Shown here one piece after another: positions 1-14,780 of a stretch of DNA of 64,000 bases. The notes under the pieces were generated by a model. That model was not told the DNA's origin. It did no database searches and saw only the letters and a list, made by a program, of their open reading frames with translations. The DNA is from an uncultured Lentisphaerota bacterium (GTDB taxonomy: Bacteria > Verrucomicrobiota > Lentisphaeria > Oligosphaerales > CAITYL01). The DNA lies in assembly GCA_903921725.1 (NCBI GenBank), contig CAIXRA010000003.1:39428-103427 (forward strand), given 5' to 3'. How positions within the stretch are numbered: position 1 is the first letter of the stretch; each line of letters begins with the position of its first letter. The translations under genes and the position numbers were made by a program.

Positions 1-144
1 GACGATCCCAACATTTTGGACACGGTCATCTCCTGGCTGGAGAAGGAAAAACGCCAGGGTCGCCGGCGGATCCGCTTGAGCGCGGGGGCGCAGCGCGTTT
101 TTGCTGAGACGAAGCCGTCGGCGGGAGCGGCGAGATCCGCACCG

Positions 145-194
145 GCGCCGGGCGGGACGCCCGGCGGAAGCGGGCGGGACGCCCACGCTCCCGT
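145..194. repeat. copy 1 of a roughly 50-nt dispersed repeat (partner at 44654-44704)
   Basis: gcgccgggcgggacgcccggcggaagcgggcgggacgcccacgctcccgt versus gcgccgggcgggacgccgcggcgaaagcgggcgggacgcccacgctcccgt. There is an internal duplication of GCGGGCGGGACGCC. Confidence 0.8.
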
Positions 195-223
195 GGGAAC
201 CGCCCGATCGCCCGACCGTCCGA

Positions 224-313
224 CCGCCACACCGTCATACCGTCACACCGCCACACCGGTTCCGGCACCGGCCCCCGCGCTTCAACACGAAACACGCAAC
301 GCGCAACACGCAA
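224..313. repeat. short-period tandem repeats: 4 x 8 nt (CCGYCAYA, 224-255) and 4 x 7 nt (CRCGMAA, 286-313)
   Basis: ccgccaca ccgtcata ccgtcaca ccgccaca, and cacgaaa cacgcaa cgcgcaa cacgcaa, read directly. Confidence 0.8.
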
Positions 314-342
314 CGGTATCCGACATCCCCAGCGACCTTTCC

Positions 343-909
343 ATGCTCGATCTTGCGGCCTACACGCTGGAGACGCTGCCCGCGGCCGTGGCCGCCTGCA
401 AGCGTTGCCGGCTGCATGCGCTGGGGCGGACTCGGACGGTGTTTTCCGATGGTAGCCCGACCGCGCGGCTCATGTTCATCGGCGAGGGGCCCGGAGCGGA
501 CGAGGACGCGCAGGGCGTGCCGTTCGTCGGCGCGGCGGGACAGCTTCTGACACGGATGATTGAGGCGATGCGGTTGAAGCGCGGCGAGGTGTACATCGCC
601 AACATCGTGAAATGCCGTCCGCCGGGCAACCGCACGCCGCTGGAGGACGAGGGGGGCGCCTGCCTGCCGTACGTCCAGCGGCAGGTTGAACTGGTCAAGC
701 CCGAGGTGATTGTCGTGCTGGGCGCGACGCCGTTCCTGCATCTGCTCGGCCAGAAGGGGATCATGGCGGGCCGGGGCAAATGGTACGACTACCGCGGCAT
801 TCCGGTGATGGCGACCTATCATCCAGCGTTCCTGCTGCGAATGTCCGGGAAAAAGGCCGAGGCTTGGGCCGACCTGCAGCAGGTCATGAAGAAACTTGGA
901 ATTCAATAG
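343..909 (+). CDS. uracil-DNA glycosylase, family 4 (Fe-S type)
   Basis: Motifs GEGPGADEDAQGVPFVGAAGQLL, NIVKCRPPGNR, HPAFLLR and Cys motif CKRCRLH in the 16..909 ORF. Start placed at ATG 343 because 145-313 holds a dispersed repeat and period-8/period-7 tandem repeats. The frame is open back to nt 1 (track start 16 is TTG), so a longer N-terminus or a start outside the window cannot be excluded. Confidence 0.8.
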   Translation: MLDLAAYTLETLPAAVAACKRCRLHALGRTRTVFSDGSPTARLMFIGEGPGADEDAQGVPFVGAAGQLLTRMIEAMRLKRGEVYIANIVKCRPPGNRTPLEDEGGACLPYVQRQVELVKPEVIVVLGATPFLHLLGQKGIMAGRGKWYDYRGIPVMATYHPAFLLRMSGKKAEAWADLQQVMKKLGIQ

Positions 910-937
910 CCCGAAGCGGGCCGGGGAGTTTGTGGAG

Positions 938-1375
938 ATGGCGGAAGAAAAACAATGCGGTGCGTGCATGTCGCCGGCGGGGGCGTGTGCCTGCGGAAAA
1001 AGTCCGTCGCGGCGGACGCCGCTGGCTTTCCTGCGCGCCTGGATCCGGCTTGCCGCCGGTTTTTTTGCCGGCTCGCTCTTCAGCCGGCAGATGCGCGGCC
1101 GGCTCCGTCGTTTCTGGGCGGGAAACTTCCGCCGCGGCTATGTGAAGCGGCAGCTCGCCCGCCGGCGCGGCGAATGCGGCCAGTGCGGCGTCTGCTGCGC
1201 CCTCGGCATCACCTGTCCCGCGCTGCGCCAGGCCGGCTGCTGCTCGATCTACACCACCGGCGGCCGCCCCCGGAACTGCGAGATTTTTCCGCTCGACGAG
1301 AAGGATCTTGCGGATGTGAAACTCTCCGGCGGCGCCTGTGCCTACTGGTTTGAGCCGGAGACGAAGGCGGGGTAG
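938..1375 (+). CDS. Cys-rich protein, YkgJ-like CxxCxxCC zinc/iron-chelating domain (tentative)
   Basis: ORF 896..1375 contains GECGQCGVCCALGITCP and CSIYTTGGRPRNCEIFP, resembling the CxxCxxCC family. ATG 938 (MAEEKQ) avoids overlap with the UDG gene. Confidence 0.5.
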   Translation: MAEEKQCGACMSPAGACACGKSPSRRTPLAFLRAWIRLAAGFFAGSLFSRQMRGRLRRFWAGNFRRGYVKRQLARRRGECGQCGVCCALGITCPALRQAGCCSIYTTGGRPRNCEIFPLDEKDLADVKLSGGACAYWFEPETKAG

Positions 1376-1435
1376 CCCGCCCGGAAACAGGCGAGGCCGG
1401 AACCGCCGGTACGCCGTCAAACGGGGCGATTGCAG

Positions 1436-2059
1436 ATGCATCTCTTCCAGCACATCGAATATGTGACCTCGGCGCACGCGTTGACCCAACTTCCGGCGGA
1501 CGCCGTTGCGGAGGTCGCGTTTGCCGGGCGTTCCAACGCCGGAAAGTCGAGCGCGCTGAACACGCTGGCGCACCGCAAGAAGCTGGCGCACGTCAGCAAG
1601 ACCCCGGGCCGCACGCAGCTCATCAATTTCTTCGCGTTCGCCCCCGGCGTGTTTCTGGTCGATCTGCCGGGGTACGGGTACGCCAAGGTCCCCGACAAGA
1701 TTCGGGGGCACTGGGAGGCGTCGCTCGGCGCCTATCTCCGCAAACGCCCCCAAATCCGCGGCATGGTGCTGCTCATGGACGCGCGCCGGCCGCTGACGGA
1801 GATCGACCGGCAGATGCTCGATTTCTACCGGCCGTCGCCGAACCGTCCCGTCCACATCCTCCTCAGCAAGGCGGACAAGCTCACACGCCGCGAGGCCGCC
1901 GCCACGCTGGCCGCCGCCACGAAGGAGTGCGCGGCTTGGACGGGATGCACGGTCCAGCTTTTTTCCAGCCTTTCCAAGCTGGGCGTGGAGGAGGCCGTGG
2001 CGGTTGTCGAAGGCTGGATCGCGCCGTACCTGCCGGAAACGTCTGCCGCCCCTGCGTAA
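1436..2059 (+). CDS. engB: ribosome biogenesis GTP-binding protein YihA/YsxC
   Basis: G1 motif AFAGRSNAGKSSALNTL, then DLPGYGYA and SKADKL (NKxD-like). Track start 1430 is TTG; first ATG is at 1436. Confidence 0.9.
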   Translation: MHLFQHIEYVTSAHALTQLPADAVAEVAFAGRSNAGKSSALNTLAHRKKLAHVSKTPGRTQLINFFAFAPGVFLVDLPGYGYAKVPDKIRGHWEASLGAYLRKRPQIRGMVLLMDARRPLTEIDRQMLDFYRPSPNRPVHILLSKADKLTRREAAATLAAATKECAAWTGCTVQLFSSLSKLGVEEAVAVVEGWIAPYLPETSAAPA

Positions 2060-2255
2060 CCCGCCCGGATGTCCGGCGTTCAACGTCCCGTCGGCACGCA
2101 TGCTTGAAGGGCGGGCTGCGGCCGTTCATGCGCACCGTGCGCGTGGACAGGATTACAGGGGTCTACGGATTGGGGAGGTGGAATCCCTCTTCAACCATCC
2201 CACACAGCCCCATCCTGAAAATCCTGTCATCCTGTCTAAACGAACAGGCTTGGGG

Positions 2256-2576
2256 TTACGGCAGTTCCGTGTAGCCGCGTCCCGCCGTCGTGGCGGATGA
2301 GGCCTTCGCCGCCGGAGCGCCGCTCTTGCCGGCGGCGGGGCGGCCGGCCTGCAGTTTCGCCGGGGGCGGCGGGAGATGCACCTGGACTTCCTTGTTGCGC
2401 GGCGACTGGTTCTGGAGGAGCGTCTTCTGCTGTTCCAGCGACTGGCGCTGCATTTCCTGAAGCTGCCGGATCTGTGCTCGCGTGCCGTCGTTGGCCTCCT
2501 CCTGCTTCTGAATCTGGAAGCAGGAGAAGCCGACGGATGCCGCGGCGCCGAGCAGTGTCAGGATGAGGATGGTCAT
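2256..2576 (-). CDS. small membrane-anchored coiled-coil protein (hypothetical)
   Basis: N-terminal hydrophobic helix MTILILTLLGAAASVGFSCF, then a Q/E-rich heptad-like segment and a P/A-rich tail. It is the most protein-like of three overlapping ORFs here. Confidence 0.45.
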   Translation of the reverse strand: MTILILTLLGAAASVGFSCFQIQKQEEANDGTRAQIRQLQEMQRQSLEQQKTLLQNQSPRNKEVQVHLPPPPAKLQAGRPAAGKSGAPAAKASSATTAGRGYTELP

Positions 2577-2662
2577 GGTCCGTCAATGCCCCCGTTGGTT
2601 GGCGTGGAAAATAAGGCAGGTGCGGTGCGAAATCAAGGCTGACCGTAAAGTTTGCCGGCGGG

Positions 2663-4207
2663 TCACAGGATCGGCGTGAAAAGGCTGCACAGATTTTCCA
2701 GAAGCTTGCGGCGGAGCGGGCGGGCGCGCCAGGCTGCGAGATTGATCTCTCGGCCGCACGCCATCTCCTGCAAGGCGAGCTGGCGGATCTCAGCCACGAA
2801 CGCGGCGTCGTACACGGCCAGGTTCGTCTCGTAGTTCAGGCGCAGGCTGCGGATGTCGAGGTTGGCGGTGCCGACCAACGCCAGCGTGTCGTCCATGATC
2901 ATCGCCTTGGCGTGCATGAAAGGCGGGGCGCGCTCGAAGATGCGGACTCCACAGGCGAGCAGATCATCGTAGAGCGCCTGACCGGCAAGTCCGGCGTAGG
3001 CGTGGTTGTTGGCGAGCGGAACGGTTAGGCGCACGTCCACGCCCCGCCGCGCGGCGGCGCGCAGCGCCTGCATGATGTCCGGCCCCGGCACGAAATAAGG
3101 GGTGGTGATCCACAGTTCGCGCCGCGCCGAGATGATGGCCAAGAAGAAGACTTCGTTGATCGCCTCCTGCTCCACCGAAGGGCCGCTGTTGATGACCCGC
3201 ACCGGCATCGTCCCCGCCGCCGGTACCGCCGGGAAGTGCGCCGCCTGCAGGAGCACGCCGGGCTCCTCATCGGTCATGTAGGACCAGTCGCGGAGGAAGG
3301 AGAACTGCAGTTCCTGCACCACGGGGCCCCCGACCTCAAAATGGTAGTCGCGGATGGCCTCGGGCGTGTGCGCGGAGTGATGCCCGTCGTGGAGGTTGAT
3401 GCCGCCGGTGAAGGCGCGCACGCCGTCCACGATCAGCACCTTGCGGTGGTTGCGCAGGTTGAGCTGGAACTGGGCCTTGAGGAGGTTGACCTGACGCCAG
3501 CCGGCAATCTTCAGGTTCGGGATGTTGCGGTAGCGCCGGAAGAAGCGCCCCCAGACCGCATGCGTGGAGCCGAAGCGGTCGTAGAGCAGGCGGACGGTGA
3601 CGCCGGCGCGGGCGCGTTCGGCCAGCGCCTCCATGAACTCGCGGCCGACGGCGTCGTTGCCGAAGATGAAGCTCTGGAGGTGGATGTGGTGCCGCGCGGA
3701 GCGGATCGCCTCCAGCATCGGCGGGTACGCCTCGTCGCCGTCGACCAGCGGGAGCACCCGGTTCCCGGCCAGCAGCGGGTATTCCTCCAGCATGCCGTCG
3801 AGCGAACGGTTGAAAAGGCGCCCCTCCTCCGATGGCGGCTCGCAGCTCCGGGACTCATGCACCGCCCGCCAGTAGGCCATGGACAGGCTCGGCTCCTCGC
3901 GCTGTCGGCGCTCCTCCGCGAACTGTTGGTCCGCGCGGTGCTTGAGCTTGGCCTTCTCCGGCAGCCGGTAGATGCCGAACAGGAGGTAGAGCAGGGGGCC
4001 GGCAACGGGGATGAACCAGGCGACGTTCAGCCAGAGCAGGGCGGAGGCCGGCTCCCGCCGGTGGCGCAGGCAGTGCCCCGCCACCAGCGCGAACGCCGCC
4101 ACATGCATCAGCGAGCCCAGCGAAACCCATTCCCACAGCGGGGGTTGTGCGTTGCCGGCCGCCGGGACGGCGGCGGACAACAGCAGGATGTGCGGCAGCG
4201 TGTGCAT
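2663..4207 (-). CDS. cls: cardiolipin synthase (PLD superfamily, two HKD motifs)
   Basis: N-terminal TM helices and two HxK(x)4D motifs (NHRKVLIVDG and HAKAMIMDD). Track start 4216 is GTG; first ATG is at 4207. Confidence 0.9.
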   Translation of the reverse strand: MHTLPHILLLSAAVPAAGNAQPPLWEWVSLGSLMHVAAFALVAGHCLRHRREPASALLWLNVAWFIPVAGPLLYLLFGIYRLPEKAKLKHRADQQFAEERRQREEPSLSMAYWRAVHESRSCEPPSEEGRLFNRSLDGMLEEYPLLAGNRVLPLVDGDEAYPPMLEAIRSARHHIHLQSFIFGNDAVGREFMEALAERARAGVTVRLLYDRFGSTHAVWGRFFRRYRNIPNLKIAGWRQVNLLKAQFQLNLRNHRKVLIVDGVRAFTGGINLHDGHHSAHTPEAIRDYHFEVGGPVVQELQFSFLRDWSYMTDEEPGVLLQAAHFPAVPAAGTMPVRVINSGPSVEQEAINEVFFLAIISARRELWITTPYFVPGPDIMQALRAAARRGVDVRLTVPLANNHAYAGLAGQALYDDLLACGVRIFERAPPFMHAKAMIMDDTLALVGTANLDIRSLRLNYETNLAVYDAAFVAEIRQLALQEMACGREINLAAWRARPLRRKLLENLCSLFTPIL

Positions 4208-4315
4208 GGGGTACACTACCGCGGCGTTGCGCAGTACGCAAGACTGGACGGCGTACGGTGGCGGGGAAAAGAAAGATACGTGGATGACGGGGGGGTGATG
4301 GAAGCCGCCCCTCGC

Positions 4316-5368
4316 TTACTTCCCGCCGAAAAGCCTGCGCCAAAGCCCCGGTTTTGCCGCTGCCTCCTCCATCCTCTTTGCGATGTCGGCGCGGTGGCGT
4401 AGTTCCTGCCGGTGGATGTCTGCAAACATGGCGCGGATTTCGGGGGAGGCCGATTCCTCCGTGAAAACCCGGAACGAATCGTTCTCAATGGTCTGGTTTT
4501 CGACCGTGCTGGCGATGCCGAGGGCCACGTCCTCCGTGACCGGCCCCCGCTGGGCGGCGGCGATCTGCTCCTCGATGAACGCCGTGGAGGAGCGGATGGT
4601 TTCGAGTGCGAAGCGATCCGCGGAAAAGTCCAGCTCCCCCGCCGCAATCCGCTCCCCGATCCGGGCCAGGATGGCGGCATGTTCCGCCTCTTCGCCGGCG
4701 AGGCCGTTCCAGAAAGCCGCCGCCGCCGGGAAAAGCCGGGCATATTCGCCGTAGAGCCGGGCGACGGTTTTTTCGTGCCGGACCATGCCGGCGAGGACGG
4801 TCTGCCTGGCCATGGCGGCGGCAATCCGGGACGGCACCGCGGGCGGGGCGATGACCGTCTCGCCCCTCCACAGGGGCGCTGCCTGGTTGTCGGGGGCCGC
4901 GGGTGAAAGTCCCAGCACAATCTGCCGGTGATACAGTGATTCGCGGTACAATTGTTCGGCGACTTTCCGGAAGGGGCTGTCGTCCGCCGCCGGCGCCGCA
5001 CTGAAGAGGAAGCTCTCCACCAGCGCGGATTCCAGCAGGAGCGCGTTGGCGACGGCGCGCGTCTCCGTCACATCGCCGGCCGTGGCCTTCTCCAGCATGA
5101 CGGCAATCTGGGAGGTGATGAAATCGAGCGTGCCGGCCTGCAGTTTCTCCATGGGAATCTGTGCCAGTTCAGCGACCGCGCCGCTCAAGATCCCCTCCAA
5201 GCTGGCCCTGTGTTTCTCCTCCGCGCGGGCGAGGACGGCCCACGTTTCAGCCTGCTTCGGAAACTGCGCCGCATAGCACCCGTACAGCCGGCCGATGGCC
5301 GCCTCGTTTTCCATGGCCTGGCTCAGAAGCTTGATCCAGGCCTTCTGAATGTGGATGATGTCCTGCAT
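4316..5368 (-). CDS. tandem ferritin-like (rubrerythrin-type diiron four-helix-bundle) domain protein, function unknown
   Basis: Two homologous halves (AIGRLYGCYAAQFP...EEKHRASL vs TVARLYGEYARLFP...EEAEHAAIL). Each half has E / ExxH / E..E / ExxH-like ligand spacing. Confidence 0.6.
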   Translation of the reverse strand: MQDIIHIQKAWIKLLSQAMENEAAIGRLYGCYAAQFPKQAETWAVLARAEEKHRASLEGILSGAVAELAQIPMEKLQAGTLDFITSQIAVMLEKATAGDVTETRAVANALLLESALVESFLFSAAPAADDSPFRKVAEQLYRESLYHRQIVLGLSPAAPDNQAAPLWRGETVIAPPAVPSRIAAAMARQTVLAGMVRHEKTVARLYGEYARLFPAAAAFWNGLAGEEAEHAAILARIGERIAAGELDFSADRFALETIRSSTAFIEEQIAAAQRGPVTEDVALGIASTVENQTIENDSFRVFTEESASPEIRAMFADIHRQELRHRADIAKRMEEAAAKPGLWRRLFGGK

Positions 5369-5569
5369 ATGAAACCCCGGGGGGGGAGGAATCCCCTTTT
5401 TTGTTTATGATAGTATAGCGTCCCCGACCTTCCGGCGCTCCATTCCCTTTCCACGCATTGCGGGATTTGGCGCGCGCCGCCGGCCCAACTGGCCGATGCG
5501 GATTCCGCAACGATATTATCAGGCTTTCCGGAATCTGCGCAATCTGTGTAATCTTGTGGATGCCCACCC

Positions 5570-7216
5570 ATGCCTCCTCCGTCCAATTTCGAGTCCGAAA
5601 TCGCGCGCCGCCGCACCTTCGCCATCATCTCGCATCCGGACGCCGGCAAGACGACGCTCACCGAGAAGCTGCTGCTCTACGGCGGCGCGCTGCACCTGGC
5701 CGGCTCGGTCCGCGCCCGCAAGAACCAGCGCTCCACCACCTCCGACTGGATGGAGCTGGAGAAGCAGCGCGGCATCTCCATCTCCTCCACCGTCCTCCAG
5801 TTCGAGTACGGCGGCTGCGTGGTGAACCTGCTCGACACCCCGGGCCACAAGGACTTCTGCGAGGACACCTACCGCGTCCTCACCGCCGTGGACAGCGTGG
5901 TGATGGTCATCGACGCCGTGAAGGGCGTCGAGGAACGCACGCGGAAACTCTTCGAGATCTGCCGGATGCGCAAGATCCCCATCTTCACCTTCGTCAACAA
6001 GATGGACCGTCCGGCGCGCGGGCCGCTCGACCTGATGGACGAGATCGAGAAGGTGCTCGGCATCGGCGCCTTCCCCGTTACCTGGCCGATTGGCGACTCC
6101 AAGGACTTCAAGGGCGTGTACGACCGGCTCGCGCTCCAGGTCCACCAGTTCGAGCAGACCGAGCACGGCGCGCACAAGGCCCCGATGCAGGTTTCCGGCC
6201 TGCACGACGAGTCGTTCAAAAGCCAGCTCCACCCCGAGCAGTACAAGAACTGGATTGAGGAGGTCGAGATGCTGGCGCTGGCCGGCGAGACGTTCGACGC
6301 GGCGAAGGTTATGGCCGGCGAGATCACCCCGATCTTCTTCGGCAGCGCCATCACCAATTTCGGCGTGCAGCATCTGCTGGACTATTTTGTGAAGTTCGGC
6401 GCGCCCCCCGGAGCCCGCAAGTCCGACTCCGGCGTCGTCCGTCCCGAAAACCCGGAGTTCACCGGCTTCGTCTTCAAGGTGCAGTCCAACATGAACCCGA
6501 AGCACCGCGACAGCCTGGCCTTCCTGCGCGTCTGCTCCGGCGTGTTCGAGAAGGACATGGTCGTTCCCGATCCGCGCGACCTGTCGCGCACCATCCGCCT
6601 GGCCTATCCGCAGAAGCTGTTCGGCCAGGACCGCATCTCCGTCGAGAGCGCGTTTCCCGGCGACATCGTCGGCCTGGTCAGCCACGGCAATTTCCGCATC
6701 GGCGACACGCTCACCGCCGTCCCCGGCCTCAAGTACCACGAGATCCCGCGCTTCCCCCCCGAGGCGTTCTGCTACCTCCGGAATCCGGCGCCCTCGCGCT
6801 ACAAGCAGTTCCGCGCCGGCCTCGACATCCTGCTGGAGGAGGGCGTCATCCAGTCGTTCAACCCGCTCGACACCGCCTACGGCCAACAGGCCGTGTACGG
6901 CGCCGTCGGCCAGCTCCAGTTCGAGGTCGTCCAGCACCGGCTCCTGACCGAGTACAACGCGGAGTCCAGGCTCGAACCCGCGCCGGTCTCCCAGGTGCGC
7001 TGGCTGTCGGCGGATGTGACGGCGGAGGAGTTGAAGGATCTCTTTTTGGGTACCGGTGTTTCGTTGGCGCGCGACATCGCCGACGACCTGGTGCTGCTCT
7101 TCCCGAACGAATGGAGCATCGCCTACTTCCAGGAAAAGAACCCGAAACTCGAGCTCCACACGGTCTCCCCGGCCGACTCCGACCGCATCAAGCACCATAC
7201 GCCTCCGGCGGAATGA
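5570..7216 (+). CDS. prfC: peptide chain release factor 3
   Basis: FAIISHPDAGKTTLTEKLLLYGGA G-domain, DTPGHKDF, NKMDR; length 548 aa is typical of RF3. Confidence 0.95.
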   Translation: MPPPSNFESEIARRRTFAIISHPDAGKTTLTEKLLLYGGALHLAGSVRARKNQRSTTSDWMELEKQRGISISSTVLQFEYGGCVVNLLDTPGHKDFCEDTYRVLTAVDSVVMVIDAVKGVEERTRKLFEICRMRKIPIFTFVNKMDRPARGPLDLMDEIEKVLGIGAFPVTWPIGDSKDFKGVYDRLALQVHQFEQTEHGAHKAPMQVSGLHDESFKSQLHPEQYKNWIEEVEMLALAGETFDAAKVMAGEITPIFFGSAITNFGVQHLLDYFVKFGAPPGARKSDSGVVRPENPEFTGFVFKVQSNMNPKHRDSLAFLRVCSGVFEKDMVVPDPRDLSRTIRLAYPQKLFGQDRISVESAFPGDIVGLVSHGNFRIGDTLTAVPGLKYHEIPRFPPEAFCYLRNPAPSRYKQFRAGLDILLEEGVIQSFNPLDTAYGQQAVYGAVGQLQFEVVQHRLLTEYNAESRLEPAPVSQVRWLSADVTAEELKDLFLGTGVSLARDIADDLVLLFPNEWSIAYFQEKNPKLELHTVSPADSDRIKHHTPPAE

Positions 7217-7247
7217 CGCGGCGGCGCCGCTCCCCCCTCCGCCGTCC

Positions 7248-7263
7248 GGTACAAAATTGTACC
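7248..7263. promoter_or_regulatory. 16-bp perfect palindrome GGTACAAAATTGTACC, candidate enhancer-binding-protein (NtrC-like) site
   Basis: Perfect 6+4+6 inverted repeat about 112-127 nt upstream of the sigma-54-type element at 7375-7391. This distance is typical of bacterial enhancer sites. The half-site differs from the E. coli NtrC consensus. Confidence 0.3.
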
Positions 7264-7374
7264 ACGACGGGAACGTTTTTGGATTTAACCGGGCGGCCGG
7301 GCAGTAGCTGCTGCGGGTTTAATCTGTTGCTGCTTGCTTGTATTCAACCGATTATGCCGATTCTGTGTGCGGAT

Positions 7375-7391
7375 GGCACGGCGCATGCTTA
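7375..7391 (+). promoter_or_regulatory. sigma-54 (-24/-12) type promoter upstream of glnN
   Basis: TGGCACGGCGCATGCTT matches TGGCACG-N4-TTGCW with correct GG-to-GC spacing (12 nt) and one mismatch. It lies about 97 nt upstream of the glnN ATG at 7488. Confidence 0.55.
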
Positions 7392-7487
7392 AACGGAAAC
7401 AGTCCTGTTTTCTAGAACTTCCGGCGCCTTCCGGCCACCCATTCCTTGATCCACAAATGCCAAACCCAAGACAAAAGGAAGAAACAG

Positions 7488-9635
<2,148 letters not shown>

Positions 9636-9663
9636 GCGCGGGAGCGGAAAAACGGAAGCGTGC

Positions 9664-9697
9664 AGGCCCGGACGGCATCCGCCGCCCGGGCCTTTTT
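9664..9697 (+). terminator. rho-independent terminator after glnN
   Basis: 8-bp GC stem AGGCCCGG (9664-9671) / CCGGGCCT (9686-9693) followed by TTTT, about 30 nt after the glnN stop. Confidence 0.6.
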
Positions 9698-10021
9698 CAC
9701 CCGGCAAAGAGACCGGATCCGCGGTATATTGCGGTTCTCCCGCGCGGCCGGCGGAGGGCGCCGCAATATCGGACGCCCATGGCGGCGAGCCAGGGAAGGT
9801 GCGCCTTCAGCCGGGTGCTTGCGGGTTTTGATTCAGGCTTCATCTTTTTGTCGCCTATTGGGTGTATTGTGACATGAGGTGTAATGTTTATGGCCTTGGT
9901 GAAATGCGGTATATGCTTTTAACTGCTTTGCTTTTATTGCGTTGTATTTTTTAAAATATCGGCATTGTTCTTTCTATCATTGCCGGATGAAGCGGTGCAG
10001 GTACAAGGACGGCAGGGGGAG

Positions 10022-14665
<4,644 letters not shown>

Positions 14666-14676
14666 GAGGGGGGGGC

Positions 14677-14722
14677 GTTCGATGACGTCGATGGCGCCGA
14701 CAGCGTCGATGGCGTCGATTTC
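14677..14722. repeat. five tandem copies of a 9-nt unit (consensus GTCGATGGC) just after the gltB stop
   Basis: gttcgatgac gtcgatggc gccgacagc gtcgatggc gtcgatttc, read directly. It starts 12 nt after the TAA at 14663-14665, in the gltB-gltD spacer. Confidence 0.8.
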
Positions 14723-14780
14723 CAAGCCCCGCCCCGTGAACCAGGAACCGTTTCATTTCGAATCATAAAGGGGGGACCCC

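Noticed and set aside
16-342. N-terminal 109-codon extension of the UDG ORF.
   Set aside because: It contains the dispersed 50-nt repeat and period-8/period-7 tandem repeats whose periods are not multiples of 3, and it has low-complexity P/A/T/R composition. It is probably non-coding, although the first roughly 35 codons (DDPNILDTVISWLEKEK...) look protein-like and the frame is open to nt 1, so this is not certain.
2205-2245. Motif ATCCTGTCATCCTGTCTAAA in the engB/small-ORF convergent spacer, resembling ATCCTGTTGACCTGTCAAAA at 17937-17956 upstream of efp.
   Set aside because: There are only two loose copies in different contexts (terminator region versus promoter region). This is insufficient to call a repeat family or binding site from this window alone.
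9891-9907. Sigma-54-like TGGCCTTGGTGAAATGC upstream of gltB.
   Set aside because: The GG-to-GC spacing is 14 nt instead of the required 12, so it is not a credible -24/-12 element. The AT-rich 9840-9990 region is more likely a conventional promoter region.
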